Below, piece by piece: positions 1-9,580 of a stretch of DNA of 64,000 nucleotides. This DNA is from Candidatus Spongiisociaceae bacterium (GTDB lineage: Bacteria > Actinomycetota > Acidimicrobiia > Spongiisociales > Spongiisociaceae). The translations under genes were made by a program, and so were the position numbers. Each line of letters begins with the position of its first letter. Position 1 is the stretch's first letter. Location: positions 2,368,001-2,432,000 of the forward strand of contig OZ241841.1 in NCBI GenBank assembly GCA_965202665.1, given 5' to 3'. The notes under the pieces are model-generated. The model was given only the letters and a program-made list of their open reading frames with translations. It did not search any database and had not been told where the DNA came from.

Positions 1-157
1 CGCTATCTTATAGATTGGTTGATTTATATGATTTGCCTTGCACGCTCAAAAAGGAGTGGAATTCAAGCAATACAGAATTATACGCGTCGGGCAGAATTTT
101 AGCTAAAAAGAATGTATAGATTTCCTTAGCTGGGTTTGGTGGGGAAGGAGGCGGGGG

Positions 158-754
158 TTAGGGTTGGTCGGGGTTTTGGCGGTATTCGCCTACCTGCCGG
201 GCTTCCACCGTGGCCCCGGCCAGGATTTCCTCTACGGCGGAGCTTAGGGTGAGCGCGTCGGTTTCGCCTATGAGTTTTCCAACCACCATCCCGTCTCGCA
301 GGAAAATCGTTTCCGGGATTCCGAACACCCCCAGCTCGATGGCCGCCCGGGAGCCGGGGTCGGTCAAATAAAGAGTGTTCCCCCCCCGGCCCGCCTCGTC
401 CAGGTAGTCCCGGGCTTCCTCCGCGGATTCCAAGAAAACAATCCCCAGGAAACGCACCGACCGGTCGGCGTAAGCCTCCGCCGCGGCTATCAAATCGGCG
501 TGTTCGTTGCGGCACTGCAGGCACCAGGAGGCGAAAAAGTTGACCGCCGTCGCCCGGTGGGCGGCCGCCTCCGACCGCAGGTTGACCGGCTCCCCCCCGT
601 CCAGGGAGGGCAGGGTCAGGTCGGGGACGGCCACCCCCACCACCGGCGAAAGCTCCTGTTCGGCGTTGAAATCGAAGTTGGAGGCCAGCACCGCCGCCGC
701 CAAACCGATGACCGCCAGCCCGCCCCCCAGCAGAAACAGCCCTTTGCGGCTCAT
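158..754 (-). CDS. ccmG: Membrane-anchored thioredoxin-like thiol:disulfide oxidoreductase (CcmG/TlpA family)
   Basis: Start re-assigned to ATG at 754 (MSRKGLFLL..., ATGA overlap with upstream gene). N-terminal TM, VNFFASWCLQC (WCxxC), GVFGIPET motif; last gene of the ccm operon. Confidence 0.88.
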   Translation of the reverse strand: MSRKGLFLLGGGLAVIGLAAAVLASNFDFNAEQELSPVVGVAVPDLTLPSLDGGEPVNLRSEAAAHRATAVNFFASWCLQCRNEHADLIAAAEAYADRSVRFLGIVFLESAEEARDYLDEAGRGGNTLYLTDPGSRAAIELGVFGIPETIFLRDGMVVGKLIGETDALTLSSAVEEILAGATVEARQVGEYRQNPDQP

Positions 755-1524
755 CCCCCGTCCTCCGCGCGGGCGCGGGCCGACTCCGCCGCCTCTTCCA
801 CTATGGGACGCAAATCGTCGGGCAACTCCCCGCCCGCCAACAGGGGCTCCAGTTGCCGCAACGCCCCCTCCGGGTCGTCTTCTTCCAGCAGGAGCAGTCC
901 CAGGAAAAGGCGGGTCTCCCCGTAGCCGGGGTCCGTCGCCTGCGCTTCGTCCAGGTAGCGCCGGGCGACATCGGGCGCTCCGGACTGATGGCTCATCCAC
1001 CCCACCCGGGCCAGCGCCCGCGCCCGCCGGGCGGCGTCCAAGGTTCCTTCCAAAGCCCCCAGATAGTGGGGGAGGGCGGTGGAGAAATCCCTCACCTCGA
1101 AGTAGCGGTCGGCCAAGGCCAGCCGCATCCCGGCTATTTCCGGCAGGTCCGGGTTGGCGGCGATCACCGCTTCCATCTGCGCATTGGTGACCTGCGCCAA
1201 ATCCACCGGTTCCCCGCCGGGCGGCCCGCCCGCCCGGTCTCCTATCCCCACCGCCAGCCACGCCCCGGCCGCGGCCGCCGCGAACAGCCCTACCAGAATC
1301 ACCGTCCCGGCGATGACCCGGCTCCGGGACGGCCCCGATGGCTTTTCCCGCGGAGGGCCGCCCGCTTCCCCGGCCAGCGAGGCCAGTTCCGCCCGGTAGC
1401 GGGCGGTGAGCAGGTCGGCGGTTTCCCGGTCCAGTTCCCCTTCGTCCAGTTGGCGCGCCACGTCGGCGATGTCGGCCCGGATGAGCTTTTCCCGCCCGGG
1501 GTCGGCGGCGGGCCGTTCAGTCAT
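751..1524 (-). CDS. CcmI/CycH-like TPR-containing cytochrome c maturation protein
   Basis: Start at ATG 1524 (MTERPAADP...). N-terminal 'QLDEGELD..A..L..RY' segment, one TM, then TPR-like helices; lies between ccmH and ccmG. Confidence 0.75.
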   Translation of the reverse strand: MTERPAADPGREKLIRADIADVARQLDEGELDRETADLLTARYRAELASLAGEAGGPPREKPSGPSRSRVIAGTVILVGLFAAAAAGAWLAVGIGDRAGGPPGGEPVDLAQVTNAQMEAVIAANPDLPEIAGMRLALADRYFEVRDFSTALPHYLGALEGTLDAARRARALARVGWMSHQSGAPDVARRYLDEAQATDPGYGETRLFLGLLLLEEDDPEGALRQLEPLLAGGELPDDLRPIVEEAAESARARAEDGG

Positions 1525-1948
1525 CGGGGTTTCCGCCGGGAGGGACCGGTTGCGGGCGGCGGAGGCGGCGGGCGATGAGCAAAGCCCCCGCCCCGGCGGC
1601 CGCCGCGGGCAGGATCCACAGCAACAAAGTCCCCCCCGCGAACGGGGGATCCAGCCGGATGCCCGCAAAGCGCTGTTCCAAGTGGTCCAGAATTTGTTCG
1701 TCCGACCATCCGTCGCCTACCCGGGCCGCCACGAGGTCCATCATATCCCGGGCGTACTGGGCGGGGGAGTCGGCGATGGATTCCCCTTGGCACACCGGGC
1801 ACCGGATGCGCGCCCCCAGGGCCGCCACCCGGTCCGCCTCCCCCGGCTCCCCGGTTATCAGGGCCCAGGCCACCACCCCCGCCAGCCCCAAAGCGAGGGC
1901 CCCGGCCAGCAGGCGGGACGGGCGGCGGGCGGCGGGCCGTTCAGGCAT
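1517..1948 (-). CDS. ccmH: Cytochrome c-type biogenesis protein CcmH
   Basis: RIRCPVCQGESIADS motif (LRCxxCQ family) flanked by two TM segments; 'LLLWILP' C-terminal motif. Confidence 0.9.
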   Translation of the reverse strand: MPERPAARRPSRLLAGALALGLAGVVAWALITGEPGEADRVAALGARIRCPVCQGESIADSPAQYARDMMDLVAARVGDGWSDEQILDHLEQRFAGIRLDPPFAGGTLLLWILPAAAAGAGALLIARRLRRPQPVPPGGNPDD

Positions 1949-4010
1949 CGGCCTTCTCCCGGCGCCGGGGGCGGTCCCCGGCCGGGGCGGGACGGCGCGC
2001 GGCCAGCAGCGAAACCCCGGCCCCGGCGGCGGTGATCAGCCCGCCCGTCCACACCATCCACTGCAGGGGGTAAACCCACACGTCGGCGGCCAGCCCCCCG
2101 CTGTCCAAACGGGTGAGCGACACGTACAAATCCCGGCTGAAAGTGGAGTGGACGGCGGGGGTGACGATGGGGCTGGCCGAGTTGGGGTAGAGGTTGAGCC
2201 GGGGGGAAAGGGTCGCCACCCGCCGCCCGTCCCTGGTCACTTCGATCCGGGCCCCCACCGCCGACCTGTTCGATTCGGCGCGGGTGAACGGGGAGGCGTA
2301 TTCCAGTTCGTATCCGGCCAGGCGGGCCGTTTCCCCCGGGGCCAGCTGCATCTGGCCGCTGGTGGACAGGTTGGCGGAGGCGGCTATGCCGATGGCCAGC
2401 GCCGCCACCCCCAGGTGGGCGATTTGCCCGCCCCAGAAGCCGGGGTCGGCCCCCGCCAGCCGGAGCAGGGCCGTCCCCGCCCGCTCCCCGGTTTTGCGGC
2501 GCCGGGCCCGTATCAGGGAGTCCAGATGGCGGACGATGGCCGCCGCCGCCAAGCTGGTGAGAAAAGCGACGATGATCACGTGCCGGTTGCGGGTGGCCAG
2601 AAGCGCGGTGGCCGCCGTAACCGCCAGGGCGGCCAGCAACGGGAGGCGCAGGCGCTCCCACATCACCCGCGGGCGGGCCGTCCGGTAGGGGGTGACCGGC
2701 CCCAGTCCCATCGCCAGCAGCAACCCGTAGGAGAGGGGGACGGCCCACCGGTCGAAGAAAGGCCGCCCCACCCCCACCGCGGCGTCGGCGAAGGCTTCGG
2801 CGGCCAAAGGAAACAGGGTGCCGGCCAGCACCGCGAAGGCGAACACCGACAGGAGCAGGTTGTTGAGCAGAAAAGCCCCTTCCCGGCTGACCAGGGAGTC
2901 CAGGCGGGGGGAGTCCCCGATGCGGTGCGCCCGGGACGCCAGCAGGGCCAGGGAGCCGGCCAAAACGGCGATGAGGAAACCCAAAATAATGGGCCCGATG
3001 GCCGACTGGGTGAAACTGTGCACCGAAGCCACCACCCCGGAGCGGGTGAGGAAAGTCCCCAGGATGGTGGCTGCGAACACGCCGATGGCCAGCACGTAGT
3101 TCCAAGAAGACAGCACCCCCCGGCGCGACTGCACCACCGCCGAATGGAGGAAGGCGGTGGCCAGCAGCCAGGGAATGAAAGAGGCGTTTTCCACCGGATC
3201 CCACGCCCAGTAGCCGCCCCATCCCAGCACCTCGTAGCTCCACCATCCGCCCAGCACGATGCCGGCGGTGAGAAAAGACCAAGCCCCCAACGTCCAGCGG
3301 CGGGTGATTTTCACCCAGGAACGGTCGGCGGCGGCCCCCGGGCGGGCGGAGGCCAGGGAGGACATGGCGATGGCGAACGGAACCGACATTCCCACATATC
3401 CGAGGTAAAGGACGGGGGGGTGGACGATCATCAGAAAATGGTTCTGCAGCAGCGGGTTGGCCCCCCGCCCGTTCAGGGGGGCGTCGGCCGCCGACCAGGG
3501 GGCCCAGGCGGTTACGGCGCACCCCGCCCCTTCCGGGCCCGCCGCCGCGCACACCGCGAAAGGGTTGGCGGCGGTGGCCATCAACCCGAACCAGAATAAG
3601 GCGATCATTCCCAGCGCCGACAGGGCTCCCGCCCCCAGCCCGCCTGCTTCGGCGCGGAGCAGGGAACGGTGGAAAAACCAGATGTATCCGGCCAGCACCA
3701 GCCCCCACAGCACGATGGAGCCTTCCAGGGCGGCCCATCCGGCGGCGATGGCGTAGGGGAGGGGGGTTCCGGTGCGGTGATTGTCGGCGACGTAGGCCAG
3801 GTTGTAAGAGTCGGCAAGCAGGCCCGCTTCCAGGACCAGCATGGCGGCGACCGCCCCGAAGACCAGGACCCGCACCGCCGGGGCGAGGCGGGCGGGGTCG
3901 GTCGGCCTGCCCCGCAGGGCCGGAAATCCCCGCAAGGCCAGCATCAGGGCCCCTCCCAGGGCGGTCAGTATCGAACCCAGCCCCAGCCAGGGAAGAAGAA
4001 CGGCCAACAT
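1941..4010 (-). CDS. ccmF: Cytochrome c heme lyase subunit CcmF
   Basis: WGGYWAWDPVENASFIPWL WWD motif, HPPVLYLGY, TRSGVVASVHSF; many TMs. Start likely ATG 4010, just after the ccmE stop. Confidence 0.95.
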   Translation of the reverse strand: MLAVLLPWLGLGSILTALGGALMLALRGFPALRGRPTDPARLAPAVRVLVFGAVAAMLVLEAGLLADSYNLAYVADNHRTGTPLPYAIAAGWAALEGSIVLWGLVLAGYIWFFHRSLLRAEAGGLGAGALSALGMIALFWFGLMATAANPFAVCAAAGPEGAGCAVTAWAPWSAADAPLNGRGANPLLQNHFLMIVHPPVLYLGYVGMSVPFAIAMSSLASARPGAAADRSWVKITRRWTLGAWSFLTAGIVLGGWWSYEVLGWGGYWAWDPVENASFIPWLLATAFLHSAVVQSRRGVLSSWNYVLAIGVFAATILGTFLTRSGVVASVHSFTQSAIGPIILGFLIAVLAGSLALLASRAHRIGDSPRLDSLVSREGAFLLNNLLLSVFAFAVLAGTLFPLAAEAFADAAVGVGRPFFDRWAVPLSYGLLLAMGLGPVTPYRTARPRVMWERLRLPLLAALAVTAATALLATRNRHVIIVAFLTSLAAAAIVRHLDSLIRARRRKTGERAGTALLRLAGADPGFWGGQIAHLGVAALAIGIAASANLSTSGQMQLAPGETARLAGYELEYASPFTRAESNRSAVGARIEVTRDGRRVATLSPRLNLYPNSASPIVTPAVHSTFSRDLYVSLTRLDSGGLAADVWVYPLQWMVWTGGLITAAGAGVSLLAARRPAPAGDRPRRREKADA

Positions 4011-4014
4011 ATCG

Positions 4015-4428
4015 CTACGTCCCACCGTTGGGGACTTGGTAGGGGCCGTCGCCGTCCGGCGCCCGGTACTGTTCATCGTGGTTGACCAGCAACAGGTCAG
4101 AGTGGAACTCCCCTCCCCGCCAGGCCCCCTCCACCACCACCCCCACCCCTTCGCGGAAAAGTTGCGGGGGGGCTCCGGAGTGCACCACGGTAATGGAGGC
4201 CGCCCCGTCCCCGACGGCGAACACCGCCCCGTTTTCCCGCTGGACGACGCTCCCCGTCTCCACCAGTCCGCCCAGCCGGAACCGCTCCCCGTCCTCCCGG
4301 GGCCGTTCCACCGCTTCGCTGGGAGTCAGGTAATAAACCAGGTTGTCGCCCAGGCCGGTCCAAATCAGGTATGCGATCGCCGCCGCCAGCGCCCCCAGGC
4401 ACAGGAGCAAAAAGCGCCGGTTGATCAT
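4015..4428 (-). CDS. ccmE: Heme chaperone CcmE
   Basis: N-terminal TM, YYLTPSE, RLGGLV, PQLFREGVGVVVEG and heme-binding HDEQY (HxxxY). Confidence 0.93.
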   Translation of the reverse strand: MINRRFLLLCLGALAAAIAYLIWTGLGDNLVYYLTPSEAVERPREDGERFRLGGLVETGSVVQRENGAVFAVGDGAASITVVHSGAPPQLFREGVGVVVEGAWRGGEFHSDLLLVNHDEQYRAPDGDGPYQVPNGGT

Positions 4429-4556
4429 CTTTCCGAATCGGCAGGGGGCGATTCCGGCCGGGGGAGCGCCCGTCCCAGCCGGACCAGGTGGATCACGTAG
4501 GCGGCCAACCCTCCGAAGACGGCCAGATACCCCGAAATCACCCAGCAGTTATCCAC
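4425..4556 (-). CDS. ccmD: Small heme exporter subunit CcmD-like (43 aa, not in ORF track)
   Basis: Read by hand: GTG start, (M)DNCWVISGYLAVFGGLAAYVIHLVRLGRALPRPESPPADSER*. Single TM plus charged tail; overlaps the ccmC stop and ccmE start (ATGA), the canonical ccmD position. Confidence 0.75.
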   Translation of the reverse strand: MDNCWVISGYLAVFGGLAAYVIHLVRLGRALPRPESPPADSER

Positions 4557-5283
4557 CGGCGACCCCTCCCGGATTTCCCAATTCGGGGGCGGCCACCGCC
4601 CGCCCGGCCGGTTCCGAAGAGACGGCCGCTTCCTCCCAGGCGGCTTCCCGTCGGGCCAAATCCAAGCGGACGGCCAGCAACGAGGCGAACAGGAAAAGAA
4701 AAGCCAGGATCATCACCCCCAGCGCCCGCCCGTACACCGGGTCGATGGGGGCGGCTCCCAAGTCGGGGCGGAGAATGGTCGGGCCCTGATGCAAAGTTCG
4801 GAACCACTGCACCGAAAAATGCACGATGGGCACTTGCGCGAAGGCGATCAGTGCCAGCGCCGAACAACGCACCGCCCGCCGCTCCGGGTCGGTCACCGAG
4901 CGGCGCAGGGCCAGATAGGACAGGCAGAAGAAAAACAGGACGGCGGTGGACATCATCCGGGCGTCCCCCCAGTCCCACCACACCCCCCAGGTGGGCCGCC
5001 CCCAGATCATCCCGGTGAGCAGGGTCAGGCCGGTGAAAACGGTCCCGATTTCCACCGCCGAGGCGGAAACCCGGTCGGCGGCGGGGGAGCGGCGGATGAT
5101 GTAGAAGAGAGCGGCCGCCATTCCCGTCGCCAGGGCGGCGTAGGCGGCGATCACCGTCGGAACGTGCACGAACAGCAACCGCCCCAGGTCGCCCTGGGTT
5201 TCCTCGGCCGGGGCGGCGGCGGCCAAGGCCAGCCCGGCTCCCAGCGACAGGGCGGTGATGACGTGCAAGATGCGCCGGGTCAT
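4549..5283 (-). CDS. ccmC: Heme exporter protein CcmC
   Basis: LFVHVP, WGRPTWGVWWDWGDARM WWD domain, VHFSVQWFRTLHQ; six TMs. Confidence 0.94.
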   Translation of the reverse strand: MTRRILHVITALSLGAGLALAAAAPAEETQGDLGRLLFVHVPTVIAAYAALATGMAAALFYIIRRSPAADRVSASAVEIGTVFTGLTLLTGMIWGRPTWGVWWDWGDARMMSTAVLFFFCLSYLALRRSVTDPERRAVRCSALALIAFAQVPIVHFSVQWFRTLHQGPTILRPDLGAAPIDPVYGRALGVMILAFLFLFASLLAVRLDLARREAAWEEAAVSSEPAGRAVAAPELGNPGGVAGG

Positions 5284-5319
5284 AGTCGGGCTTCCGTTTT
5301 TCCTCAGCGGGTCGGTTTG

Positions 5320-6009
5320 CTATCCGGCGGCTTCCTCCAACGGGTGGGACAGCAAAATTCCGGCGATGGCCAGAGCCAGGTCCATTCCCGCCAGCAGGAG
5401 CAACCATAGGATGATGTTACCGCCCCCGCCGAGGGCCGCGTTCGTCCCGGACGCCCCCGCCAGCAACACCGGGGCCGCCAAAGGCGTCGCCAGCAGAGGG
5501 GCGAGGGCGGTGCGGGCGCGCAGTCCGGCGGTCAGGGCGGCCGCCGCGGTCCCCAGCAGGGCGATCCCCAGGGCGGCCAAGACGGTGAGGGCGGCCAGGG
5601 CGGGCCATTCCGCCGGGTCGGGGGCCCGTTCGGGGGAGTAAAACACGACCATCACCGGCGTCAAAATCAGGGCGAATCCGCACAGCAGGACGCCGGAGGC
5701 CAGGCTGCGCCCGATGAAGGCGGGGGCGGGATGCAGTCCGCTCAGGCGGAGCAAATCCCGGACGGGCGGGGGGTCCGCGGCCGTGGAGCGGACGGCGATG
5801 GTCGTTCCGAACAGGAGCATCACCAGCCACAGCATTCCCGGTCCGATGCGCCGCAACATTCCGGCTTCGGTTCCGATGGCCAACGGGGCCAGCAACAGGG
5901 CCAGGGCCCCGAACGGGGCGATCATCCACAGGGCTTCCCCCGCCCGCAGTTCCACCCGCAGGTCTTTGCGCAACGTCCACAGGACCTGCCGCCAGAAACG
6001 GGGGGCCAT
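5320..6009 (-). CDS. ccmB: Heme exporter permease CcmB
   Basis: Start ATG 6009 (MAPRFWRQVLWTLRKDLRVELR..., KDL..E.R motif); multi-TM, 'PLLATPLAAPVLL'; coupled to ccmA. Confidence 0.88.
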   Translation of the reverse strand: MAPRFWRQVLWTLRKDLRVELRAGEALWMIAPFGALALLLAPLAIGTEAGMLRRIGPGMLWLVMLLFGTTIAVRSTAADPPPVRDLLRLSGLHPAPAFIGRSLASGVLLCGFALILTPVMVVFYSPERAPDPAEWPALAALTVLAALGIALLGTAAAALTAGLRARTALAPLLATPLAAPVLLAGASGTNAALGGGGNIILWLLLLAGMDLALAIAGILLSHPLEEAAG

Positions 6010-6677
6010 CAGGCGGCGGCGGGAGGGTCGGCCAAAGTTCCGTCTTCCACGCTCACGGCGCGGGTGAGCAGGGGGGCAATCCGGCGGGGGTCGTGGGAGA
6101 CCAGCACCGCCGCCCCGCCCGCCTGCAAGGTTCGGTTCACCGCCAGTTCCACCAGCGGGGCGGAGGCGGCGTCCAGGCCGGCGTGCGGTTCGTCCAACAA
6201 CAACAGCCGGGGGGTCCAGGTCAGCAGGCGGGCGAATTCGGCCCGGCGCCGCATGCCCGCCGAGCAGTCCCCCGCCCGCCGGTGGGCCGCCTCCGCCAGC
6301 CCCGCCGTCCGCAACGGGTCGGGAGGGGGGGAGGGGGGGAGGGGGCCGCGCAACCGGTGGATTATTTCCAGGTTTTCCCGCAGGGTGAGTTCCGGCCACA
6401 GGGCCGGGACATGGCCGATGAGGGCGATGCGGCGGCGGATGGAGGCCGTCCGGTCGGGGTCGGAGTGGCCGGTCAGTCCCAAAATGTCATAGCGTCCGGA
6501 GGAGGGTTTGACGAGGGCGGCCAGCAACCGGAGCAAGGTGGTTTTCCCCGCCCCGTTGGGGCCGGAAACGCCCAGCGCCTCGCCCGGATGCAGGACGAGG
6601 GCCAGGTCGCGCAGGATCACCGTGCGTGCGGTGCGATATGAGACATCCTGCAGGGAAACCAACGGGGGAGCGGCCAC
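6009..6677 (-). CDS. ccmA: Heme ABC exporter ATP-binding protein CcmA
   Basis: Walker A GPNGAGKTT, signature CSAGMRRR, Walker B LLLLDEP, switch SHD. Confidence 0.92.
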   Translation of the reverse strand: MAAPPLVSLQDVSYRTARTVILRDLALVLHPGEALGVSGPNGAGKTTLLRLLAALVKPSSGRYDILGLTGHSDPDRTASIRRRIALIGHVPALWPELTLRENLEIIHRLRGPLPPSPPPDPLRTAGLAEAAHRRAGDCSAGMRRRAEFARLLTWTPRLLLLDEPHAGLDAASAPLVELAVNRTLQAGGAAVLVSHDPRRIAPLLTRAVSVEDGTLADPPAAA

Positions 6678-6921
6678 CTAGCGGAGTGTAGAGGGTGTCG
6701 CCGCCCGCAGGCGCGCATTGGGCGGCGATGAGGGGCGCCGATCGGGGCGGGGTGCCTGTCATCCGGTCCGATTTTCCCAGGTGAGAGGGGTTTTTCGCTA
6801 TTTTTGCATGATGTTTGTAGAAGGGGGTTGTTTTTTGTCATTGTTTTAGGTTATATTAGTAGGTAATGATACGGCGCGGGCGAAATCCCGTGTATACTGG
6901 CCGAGAGCAAAGGAGCATGCC
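6655..6921. repeat. Leader repeat copy 1 (~250 bp, includes ccmA 5' end and AT-rich core)
   Basis: Near-identical to 7500-7742 and 10598-10864. Contains TATACT (6893-6898) and AAAGGAG RBS before the GTG start. Confidence 0.92.
6678..6690 (-). promoter_or_regulatory. Putative leaderless promoter of the ccm operon (-10 TACACT)
   Basis: Minus strand TACACT (6690-6685) lies 7 nt before the ccmA GTG with no RBS, the geometry typical of actinobacterial leaderless transcripts. Confidence 0.55.
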
Positions 6922-7485
6922 GTGAACGGTGAATTCCTATACAACCTGTATTTGATAGTCGGGCTGTTCGTAGCCCTGACCACGGTGGTCTGGCTGTTCA
7001 CCGCCGCCAACCGGCGAGCTATCCAGCAGGTCAAGGCCGACCTGGAGCGGGATATCCGCCGGGTGGACAAGAACGTCCGTCGGGTGGAGAAAGGCGTCCG
7101 TCGGGACATCCGCCGGGTGGACAAGCGGCTGTCGCGGGAGATCCGGAAGACGAATCGGGAGGCTCGGGAGACGAATAAGTCGGTGTGGCGGTTGCGGGTG
7201 GATATGCAGGTGGTCAAGGATCGCTTGAACATAGGGGAGGATTCCCGCCCGGTCGATTCCGCTCCGGTTGAGGCTGGTCCCGAGGCGGAGTTGTCCGTAT
7301 CGTCTGATTCGGCTGCGACTGGCCCGGCGCCTGGGTCGCCTGAGTCGGGTTCGGGTGTTTCCGTTCCGGTTGCGGATGACGCTGTGTCGAGGCCTGTCGG
7401 TTCGCGGGCGGCTGCGCACCGGCAGGGCGGGGCCGGGGCGGTTCCGTCTGGGATCACCGCCCCTCTCCCGGCTGCTGAAAAGTAA
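6922..7485 (+). CDS. Array paralog 1: N-terminal TM + coiled coil + Ser/Pro/Ala-rich tail, unknown function
   Basis: AGGAG RBS then GTG; hydrophobic N-terminus; DIRRVDK-type repeats; paralogous to the neighbouring ORFs. Confidence 0.8.
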   Translation: MNGEFLYNLYLIVGLFVALTTVVWLFTAANRRAIQQVKADLERDIRRVDKNVRRVEKGVRRDIRRVDKRLSREIRKTNREARETNKSVWRLRVDMQVVKDRLNIGEDSRPVDSAPVEAGPEAELSVSSDSAATGPAPGSPESGSGVSVPVADDAVSRPVGSRAAAHRQGGAGAVPSGITAPLPAAEK

Positions 7486-7499
7486 TCCTGCCGAGTTCC

Positions 7500-7742
7500 G
7501 GGAAACCAGCGGGGGTGTTGCCGTCGGGAGGCGCGCATTGGCTGGCGATGAGGGGGCGTCGATCGGGGCGGGGTCCCCGTCATTCAGTCTGATTTTCCCA
7601 GGTGAGAGGGGTTTTTCGCTATTTTCGCATGATGTTTGTAGAAGGGGGTTGTTTTTTGTCATTGTTTTAGGTTATATTAGTAGGTAATGATACGGCGCGG
7701 GCGAAATCCCGTGTATACTGGCCGAGAGCAAAGGAGCATGCC
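7500..7742. repeat. Leader repeat copy 2
   Basis: Core matches copy 1 almost exactly; TATACT at 7714-7719; the 5' part is more diverged and has a deletion. Confidence 0.92.
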
Positions 7743-8294
7743 GTGAACGGTGAATTCCTATACAACCTGTATTTGATAGTCGGGCTGTTCGTAGCCTTGA
7801 CCACGGTCATAGGGGTGGTCGCCATCGTCGGCTGGCGCGCTTTCCAGCGGCTGGAGGGTGACATCCGCCGGGTGGAGAAGGGCGTCCGTCGGGTGGAGAA
7901 GGGCGTCCGTCGGGACATCCGCCGGGTGGACAAGAACGTTCGTCGGGTGGACAAGCGGCTGTCGCGGGAGATCCGGGAGACGAATAAGTCGGTATGGCGG
8001 TTGCGGGTGGATATGCAGGTGGTCAAGGATCGCTTGAACATAGGGGAGGATTCCCGCCCGGTCGCTTCCGCTCCGGTTGAGGCCGATCCCGAGGCGGGTT
8101 CGTCCGCATCGTCTGATTCGGTTGCGGTTGGTCCGGCGCCTGGGTCGTCTGAGTCGGGTTCGGGTGTTTCCGTTCCGGTTGCGGATGACGCTGTGTCGAG
8201 GCCTGTCGGTTCGCGGGCGGCTGCGCATCGGCAGGGCGGGGCCGGGGCGGTTCCGTCTGGAATCACCGCCCCCCTCCCGGCGGCTGAAAAGTAG
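7743..8294 (+). CDS. Array paralog 2: TM + coiled coil + low-complexity tail
   Basis: Same RBS and start context; MNGEFLYNLYL... to ...APLPAAEK. Confidence 0.8.
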   Translation: MNGEFLYNLYLIVGLFVALTTVIGVVAIVGWRAFQRLEGDIRRVEKGVRRVEKGVRRDIRRVDKNVRRVDKRLSREIRETNKSVWRLRVDMQVVKDRLNIGEDSRPVASAPVEADPEAGSSASSDSVAVGPAPGSSESGSGVSVPVADDAVSRPVGSRAAAHRQGGAGAVPSGITAPLPAAEK

Positions 8295-8353
8295 TCTCGC
8301 CGTGTTCTGCCTTGCTTCGGCCCCTTCTCAGACTGGGGGCAAAGGAGCATGCC

Positions 8354-8577
8354 GTGAACGGTGAATTCCTATACAACCTGTATTTGGTAGGCGGGCTGTT
8401 CGTCGCCATGACCACGGTCATAGGGCTGGTCGCCACCGTCGGTTGGCGAGCTATCCAGGGGCTGGCGGCCGACATCAAGGAGACCAAGGACGATGTCAAG
8501 GAGGTCAAGGCTGACCTCAAGAAGACCAAGGACGACCTGGAGCGGGACATCCGCCGGGTGGACGAGAACGTCCGTCG
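8354..8577 (+). pseudogene. Array paralog 3, 5' half (interrupted by insertion)
   Basis: AAAGGAG + GTG at 8354; MNGEFLYNLYLVGG...DLERDIRRVDENVRR, then similarity to the family ends abruptly at ~8577 (frame runs on to a stop at 8740). Confidence 0.75.
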
Positions 8578-8828
8578 CCTCCGCCGCGCACGCCTCCGCC
8601 GCGCAAGTACGGCGCATCTTCACCACCGGTTGCGCCGAGTTGGAAATCTCCGTTGCCGAAACCGGCCAATCGGCGACCGCGCGGGCGGTATGAACCCGGC
8701 ATGCGGCCCACCCGCTCCAACCCCCGGTTGCGGACCATAGCCCGGAGCCGCCGTCCAAATGAGCGACATAGGGGCAACGTTAACCGATCGACGGCCAATA
8801 TGGACGGGTTTGCCCCCCGGGCGTTAAT

Positions 8829-9446
8829 ATGGGGGGCGCGACGCGGAGACGAGGTGGTAACGTTGGAGAGCGGACGAAAGGAGGCGAACTGGCCGGCGGG
8901 GATTCCCGGGTTCGCCTGGAGATGGGGAGCGTCCCCGGCAGTCGCAACCCGCCCCTCTCCCCGCAGCCGACCGAAGGCGTAGCGGTTGCGTTGGATGGGG
9001 ACAGCTTCGACCGGGCCTCCTACATTGCGGGGTTCGCTGCGACCGACGAGGCTCGGCCCGTGCTTATGCAGGTGGAGATATTCCAGGAGATGGGCGTGGT
9101 GCGGCTGGCCGCCACCGACTCCTATCGGCTGGGAGTCCACCGGGTGGAGCGCATCTCCCCGCCCGGCAAATTCCGGGCCTGGATGCCCGCCGTGCTGATC
9201 AAGGCGGCGGCCAAGTTGGACGGGGATGAAGTGAAAGTGGAGATAGACGGGGAACGGGCGGTGGTAACCCGCGGCCCGGCCCGGCTGTGGGCGGGGCATC
9301 TCCACCGGGCGGACAGCGACTTCCCCTACGTCAACTGGCGCGGTTTTATGAAGAAACGCCCGGCCCGGGTCGGCGCGGTTCTCAAAAACCCCCGGGAGAC
9401 GGCGGAGCGGATTCGCAGCCCGTTTAGGTTATCCCAGCGTTCGTAG
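8829..9446 (+). pseudogene. Truncated DNA polymerase III beta sliding clamp (DnaN)-like fragment
   Basis: FAATDEARPVL...VRLAATDSYRL and DFPYVNW resemble the DnaN central-domain motifs; only ~200 aa versus ~370 for a full clamp; start uncertain. Confidence 0.65.
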
Positions 9447-9580
9447 TTCAAGCGTTTAACATACCAAATATGCTGTTCTTATCTTACGGGCAGGTTTACG
9501 CCGGGGAATCCCGCGAAGACCCTCAGGCGCGTCCCGTCTCCGTTCCCGGCCTGGGAGATGGACGACTGAAAGAGAAAAAA

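Noticed and set aside
1-125. Low-GC segment, possibly the 3' end of a plus-strand gene (frames open to ~102 or ~119)
   Set aside because: Too short to assign frame or product; only suggests foreign DNA to the left of the window.
500-6492. Long overlapping or antisense ORFs over the ccm operon (e.g. 1575-3599 +, 1858-3738 -)
   Set aside because: Arg/Gly/Pro-rich shadow frames typical of high-GC DNA; the ccm frames carry the conserved motifs.
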